Shown one piece after another: positions 60,251 through 64,000 of a stretch of 64,000 nt of DNA. The stretch is from NCBI GenBank assembly GCA_902567495.1, contig CACFMO010000005.1, positions 1,932 through 65,931 on the forward strand, given 5' to 3'. Within the stretch, counting starts at the first letter, position 1. Each line of letters opens with the position of its first letter. The stretch is from an uncultured Pelagibacteraceae bacterium. GTDB taxonomy: Bacteria > Pseudomonadota > Alphaproteobacteria > Pelagibacterales > Pelagibacteraceae. The notes under the pieces were generated by a model. The model made no database searches. It saw nothing but the letters and a program-made list of their open reading frames with translations, and was not told the origin of the DNA. The position numbers were made by a program, and so were the translations under genes.

Positions 60251-61099
60251 TTAAGAATTAGCTCTTTTGAAGCACTCGACTGTATTCCTTAATAAACAAG
60301 CTATAGTCATTGGTCCAACACCTCCGGGAACAGGTGTTATTGCTCTAGCAACTTTTGAGACTTCGTTAAAATCGATATCACCTACAATACCATCTGAAGT
60401 TTTATTAATACCTACATCAATTACTATTGCATTTTTTTTTACCCAATCACCTTTTACAAATTTAGGTTTTCCAACAGCTGCAATAATTATATCAGCTTTA
60501 TTACATTGAGATTTTAAGTCTTTTGTCTTTGAATGTGTGATTGTGACAGTACAATTTTCTTTTAATAGTAGTTGTGCCATTGGTTTACCGTTTAAATTGG
60601 ATCTTCCTATAACAACAGCGTGTTTACCACTTAGGTTTTTCTCAACTTCTTTTAATAATATTAAACATCCAAGTGGAGTACATGGTATTTTACTGTCGTA
60701 TCCTGAGGATAAATTTCCTACATTTATTGGATGAAATCCATCAACATCCTTTTCGGGAAGAATAGTTTCAATCACTTTCTGTTTATTTATATGCTTAGGC
60801 AAAGGTAATTGAACTAAAATCCCGGAGACCTTTTTATTTTTATTAAGCTCTATAATTTTATTCAAAACTTCTTTTTCCTCAATATTTTCAGGATACTTTA
60901 TCACTGCAGAATTAATTCCAATTTCTTTTGAGAATTTTTCTTTATTTTTGACATAAATCTTACTTGCAGGATCCTCTCCTATTAAAATTACTGTCAAACC
61001 AGGTACAGATTTAAAACTTGATTTAATTTCTATAATCTCTTTTTTTAATTTTTGTCTTAAAGTTTCAGCTATTTTTTTTCCATCTATTATCATATTCAA
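60251..61099 (-). CDS. folD: Bifunctional methylene-THF dehydrogenase / methenyl-THF cyclohydrolase
   Basis: YVKNKEK, DVDGFHPINVG, GRSNLNGKPMAQLL, and TPVPGGVGPMTIA. Confidence 0.95.
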   Translation of the reverse strand: MNMIIDGKKIAETLRQKLKKEIIEIKSSFKSVPGLTVILIGEDPASKIYVKNKEKFSKEIGINSAVIKYPENIEEKEVLNKIIELNKNKKVSGILVQLPLPKHINKQKVIETILPEKDVDGFHPINVGNLSSGYDSKIPCTPLGCLILLKEVEKNLSGKHAVVIGRSNLNGKPMAQLLLKENCTVTITHSKTKDLKSQCNKADIIIAAVGKPKFVKGDWVKKNAIVIDVGINKTSDGIVGDIDFNEVSKVARAITPVPGGVGPMTIACLLRNTVECFKRANS

Positions 61100-61386
61100 A
61101 ACATTGAGGGAGCAAAAAACTCAAAAGCTAAATTTCTAATAAACATTAAAAGTAAAATAAGAATCACTGGTGAAATATCTATTCCTCCAAGATTAGGTAA
61201 AAAATTTCTAATTGGCCTTAAAAGTGGATCTGTCATTTTATAACTTATATCAAGAAGAGAGTAGACCAATCTATTTGAGGTATTTAAAACATTGAAAGCT
61301 ATTAACCAACTTAGTAATGCATTAATAATTAAAATCCAGATATAAATACTAACCAAACTATCAATTAAAATTAAAACTGATTTCAT
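61096..61386 (-). CDS. yggT: YggT-family membrane protein
   Basis: 96 aa with 2-3 TM helices, and ..DPLLRPIRNFLPNLGGIDISPVILILL.., typical of YggT. Confidence 0.8.
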   Translation of the reverse strand: MKSVLILIDSLVSIYIWILIINALLSWLIAFNVLNTSNRLVYSLLDISYKMTDPLLRPIRNFLPNLGGIDISPVILILLLMFIRNLAFEFFAPSMF

Positions 61387-61389
61387 TTT

Positions 61390-62481
61390 TTACTTTTTTT
61401 CTACGTAAATTGATTGGCTTGGGAATGCAAAAGAGGCCTTATTTCTCTCAACAATTTCTTTTATTGCTATTGCTAATCTTTCTTTAACTTTTAACCATTC
61501 AGACCATCTATCTGTATTAGTAAAACATCTTACATACATATCTATTGAACTATCTGAAAACTTATCAATCCTTACTGCGTGAGTAGTGTTTTCGCTTATC
61601 TTGTAATCTTTTGAAGTTGTTATGTATTTGTCAATTTCGTCTCGGATTTTTTTTAACTGATCAACTGTGGTGTCGTATTGCAGAGTGATGATCCAATTAA
61701 TTCGCCAATTTGTTGTCTCACTAATGTTTATCACTGCGTTCTCAGCAAATTGAAAGTTAGGAATTACAGCAACTGATTTATCAAATTTTCTTACTACCGT
61801 AGATCTAAAACCAATCTTTTCTACAACTCCTTCAATAATATTCTCAACTAAAATCCAATCTCCGACTTTAAATCTTTTTTCAACTAAAACCAAAATACCA
61901 GAAATTAAATTTTTAAATAAATCTTGGGCACCTAACGCTACAGCCACACCGAATAAACCTAATCCAGCAATTATAGGGCCTATCTTAATACCCCAGAGTT
62001 CTAAAACTGCAGCTGCTCCAAGAATTAAAATTAAAATTTTAAATGCTTTTATTATCCAGTTTAAAAGATCTTTAGATAAAAGATCTTCTACAGTTTTTAT
62101 TAAAACTGATATCGGGCCAATAATTTGATGCAGTGACCAAAAAATTAAAATTGTAATGAGTGTTCTGTTTGCATTATCTATAAAGTTTTCGGTGCTATCA
62201 CCTAAAGATACATAGCTTGTTGCAACAAAAAATCCTATAACGATAGGAAAAAATTTCGTTGGGCCTTTTAAAGATTCTACTAAGGTATTGTCAAACTTAT
62301 TTGAGGTTTTGGAAACATACTTTTCAAGACGTTTAATAATAAATTTTGCAAATAATCCTCTAAGAAAAAGAAATAAGAAGAAAATAAGGAGAGCGATAAT
62401 AATTTCTGAAATATTTATTCCTGAAATTCCATTCTTCCAAACGTCAATAAACAATTCTATAAATTCTTCCGTTTTATCCAT
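61390..62481 (-). CDS. Small-conductance mechanosensitive channel (MscS family)
   Basis: TM3-like GAQDLFKNLISGILVLVEKRFKVGDWI followed by beta and alpha-beta domains. Confidence 0.88.
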   Translation of the reverse strand: MDKTEEFIELFIDVWKNGISGINISEIIIALLIFFLFLFLRGLFAKFIIKRLEKYVSKTSNKFDNTLVESLKGPTKFFPIVIGFFVATSYVSLGDSTENFIDNANRTLITILIFWSLHQIIGPISVLIKTVEDLLSKDLLNWIIKAFKILILILGAAAVLELWGIKIGPIIAGLGLFGVAVALGAQDLFKNLISGILVLVEKRFKVGDWILVENIIEGVVEKIGFRSTVVRKFDKSVAVIPNFQFAENAVINISETTNWRINWIITLQYDTTVDQLKKIRDEIDKYITTSKDYKISENTTHAVRIDKFSDSSIDMYVRCFTNTDRWSEWLKVKERLAIAIKEIVERNKASFAFPSQSIYVEKK

Positions 62482-63178
62482 TTTTAATTTGTTCTATTTT
62501 TAAAAGTTCTTCTCCAGGATTAAAAGTTTCTGTTTTTTTCCAACCTTTTGATTTTAAAAATTCTTCAATTTTTTTACTTATACACATAACTGTGCATTGT
62601 GTCATCAATTCTGAAAGGGAGTATTTCCTTGCTATCTCATCAAAACTTTCTGCACTTCTTTTAGAATAAATAAGTGTTACATCTGGAGGGTATTTTTTAA
62701 TTAAATCTAAGCTTTCACTGTTTAGATTTGTTATTTTACTCGAAGTATAATTTATTATTTTTTTAATTTTAAATCCAGAAAGTTTGAGATCTTTATCCAG
62801 ATCATAAGAGACAACATCTCCACATAAATATGCTAGATTTTTTATTTTTTTTTCAGAATTTAAAATTATATTTTTAAGAGCATTAACTGTACCTGATGCG
62901 GCAACTGTATTAGTAAAACCTTTTAATCTTAAAGATCTCTCAGTTATATTACCAACACAAAAACATTTTATATTTTTTTCATCATTTTTTAATTGTAAAA
63001 ATCTTACTGCATTAGCACTAGTAAAAATTAAACCGTCAAATTCTTTGGTATTTATTGGTTCCATGTTTGATGATGTAATACTCAAAGTTGGCAAGTGTAT
63101 AACTTTATAGTTTGATGAAAAAAAGTTTGTCATCAAATCCTCAGCATCTATTAAAGGTCTTGTAAAAATAATATTCAT
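62474..63178 (-). CDS. hemD: Uroporphyrinogen-III synthase
   Basis: 234 aa, immediately downstream of hemC with an ATGA overlap. HEM4-like LIFTSANAVRF motif. Confidence 0.78.
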   Translation of the reverse strand: MNIIFTRPLIDAEDLMTNFFSSNYKVIHLPTLSITSSNMEPINTKEFDGLIFTSANAVRFLQLKNDEKNIKCFCVGNITERSLRLKGFTNTVAASGTVNALKNIILNSEKKIKNLAYLCGDVVSYDLDKDLKLSGFKIKKIINYTSSKITNLNSESLDLIKKYPPDVTLIYSKRSAESFDEIARKYSLSELMTQCTVMCISKKIEEFLKSKGWKKTETFNPGEELLKIEQIKNG

Positions 63179-64000
63179 CTTTTTTTTATAAAATTTTTTC
63201 CAGCTTTTTTTAAAATTTCCTCACCTGCTACTTTGCCTAGACTTTGAGGATCAGTTAATTTTCCAGATTTAATTACATTGTATACTTCTTTACCATCATC
63301 TGAAAAAAGTTGAGCTTCTAAATCAATGTTATTTCCTTTAAGAACAGCTGAGCAACCAACAGCTGTATCACAGTCTCCTCCTAATGTTTTTAAAAAACTT
63401 CTCTCAGCTAGCGCACATATTTCAGTATTAATATGATTAATCTTTTTTAAAATTTTTTTAATATACTCGTCATTTTCTCTACACTGTACGGCAATAATTC
63501 CTTGCCCAGCAGTTGGAATAAATTCTTTTAAAGAAAAAATTTGTTTAATATGATTTTTTAAATTTAATGTTTTTAAACCCGCTAAAGCCAAAATCATACC
63601 ATCGTATTCTCCTCTCTCTATTTTTTCAATTCTTGTATCTACGTTACCTCTAATGCTTTCAACTTTAATATTTTTATTTAAAAGTTTTACTTGAAGTTCG
63701 CGTCTCTTAGAACTTGAACCAATTTTACCTTCTTTTATGTCTGATATTTTATTAAAACTTTTTGAAACAAATGCTTCTCTTGGATCATTTCTTTCTAAAT
63801 AGGCATGAATAGTTAAACCTTTGGTTTCTTCTGAGTCCATATCTTTAAGAGAGTGAACTGCTATATCAATTTCTTTTTTAATTAATTTTTCCTCTATTTC
63901 TTTACAAAATAAATCTTTTCCTCCAATTTCAGAAATTTTTTTATTTTGAAATAAATCGCCTGAAGTTTTAATAGTTTTAATTATAATTTCTCTATCTATT
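63175..64000 (-). CDS. hemC: Porphobilinogen deaminase (hydroxymethylbilane synthase), 5' end beyond window
   Basis: The frame stays open upstream of the ATG at 63840 to the window edge (..TSGDLFQNKKISEIGGKDLFCKEIEEKLIKKEIDIAVHSLKDM..). It also carries RGNVDTRI, GQGIIAVQCR, and the dipyrromethane Cys context LGGDCDTAVG. Confidence 0.92.
   Translation of the reverse strand, partial: IDREIIIKTIKTSGDLFQNKKISEIGGKDLFCKEIEEKLIKKEIDIAVHSLKDMDSEETKGLTIHAYLERNDPREAFVSKSFNKISDIKEGKIGSSSKRRELQVKLLNKNIKVESIRGNVDTRIEKIERGEYDGMILALAGLKTLNLKNHIKQIFSLKEFIPTAGQGIIAVQCRENDEYIKKILKKINHINTEICALAERSFLKTLGGDCDTAVGCSAVLKGNNIDLEAQLFSDDGKEVYNVIKSGKLTDPQSLGKVAGEEILKKAGKNFIKKR

Overview
This window is a 64-kb slice of a very AT-rich (about 30% GC by eye), extremely gene-dense alphaproteobacterial chromosome. 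The Lys/Ile/Asn-rich proteins, overlapping stop/start codons (TAATG, ATGA) and spacers of a few bp suggest a streamlined marine SAR11/Pelagibacterales-type genome. That assignment is an inference; no database search was possible.

I call 70 protein genes. Two of them fall below the 60-aa cutoff of the ORF track and were found by hand translation. I see no rRNA or tRNA genes, no CRISPR array, and no transposase, integrase, phage or recognisable defence genes.

Layout:
1. ctpA (5' partial) and rppH on the + strand.
2. A 29-kb uninterrupted minus-strand block of 27 core genes: ffh, rpsP, an NTF2-like ORF, trmD, rplS, leuCDB, asd, sdhCDAB, mmsA, mdh, a GT-C-like membrane protein, sucCDAB-lpdA, priA and atpHAGDC.
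3. dapF-ftsY-HPP on the + strand, divergent from ffh across a GC-rich structured spacer.
4. A second minus-strand block of 20 genes: hspQ, ccmCDEFGH, a PagL-like protein, two tandem LldD-like FMN dehydrogenases, an aminotransferase, an FAD-linked oxidase, a D-2-hydroxyacid dehydrogenase, a TRAP transporter (dctPQM), an amidase, a mini-ORF, an EamA transporter and an alpha/beta hydrolase.
5. Mixed housekeeping genes: yciB, DUF2794, BI-1, an aldo/keto reductase, an IalB-like protein, argG, psiE-like, a membrane ORF, an SDR and a histidine phosphatase.
6. A light-repair trio: an inverted-topology (NewPHL-like) photolyase, a hidden 43-aa DUF2256 four-Cys mini-protein, and an FeS-BCP/(6-4)-photolyase homolog that seems to lack its Fe-S ligands.
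7. folD, yggT, mscS, hemD and hemC (partial).

Best leads:
- The 2-hydroxy-acid/amide salvage island (35.0-45.5 kb).
- The photolyase/DUF2256 module (57.5-60.2 kb).
- Two unexplained GC-enriched structured spacers (30.93-31.01 kb and 50.22-50.40 kb).
- SdhC/SdhD that appear to lack both heme b ligands.
- An NTF2-like ORF sitting where rimM belongs.
- A perfect 3 x 42-bp coding tandem repeat in rpsP.

All family assignments rest on motifs and sequence recollection, not on database searches.
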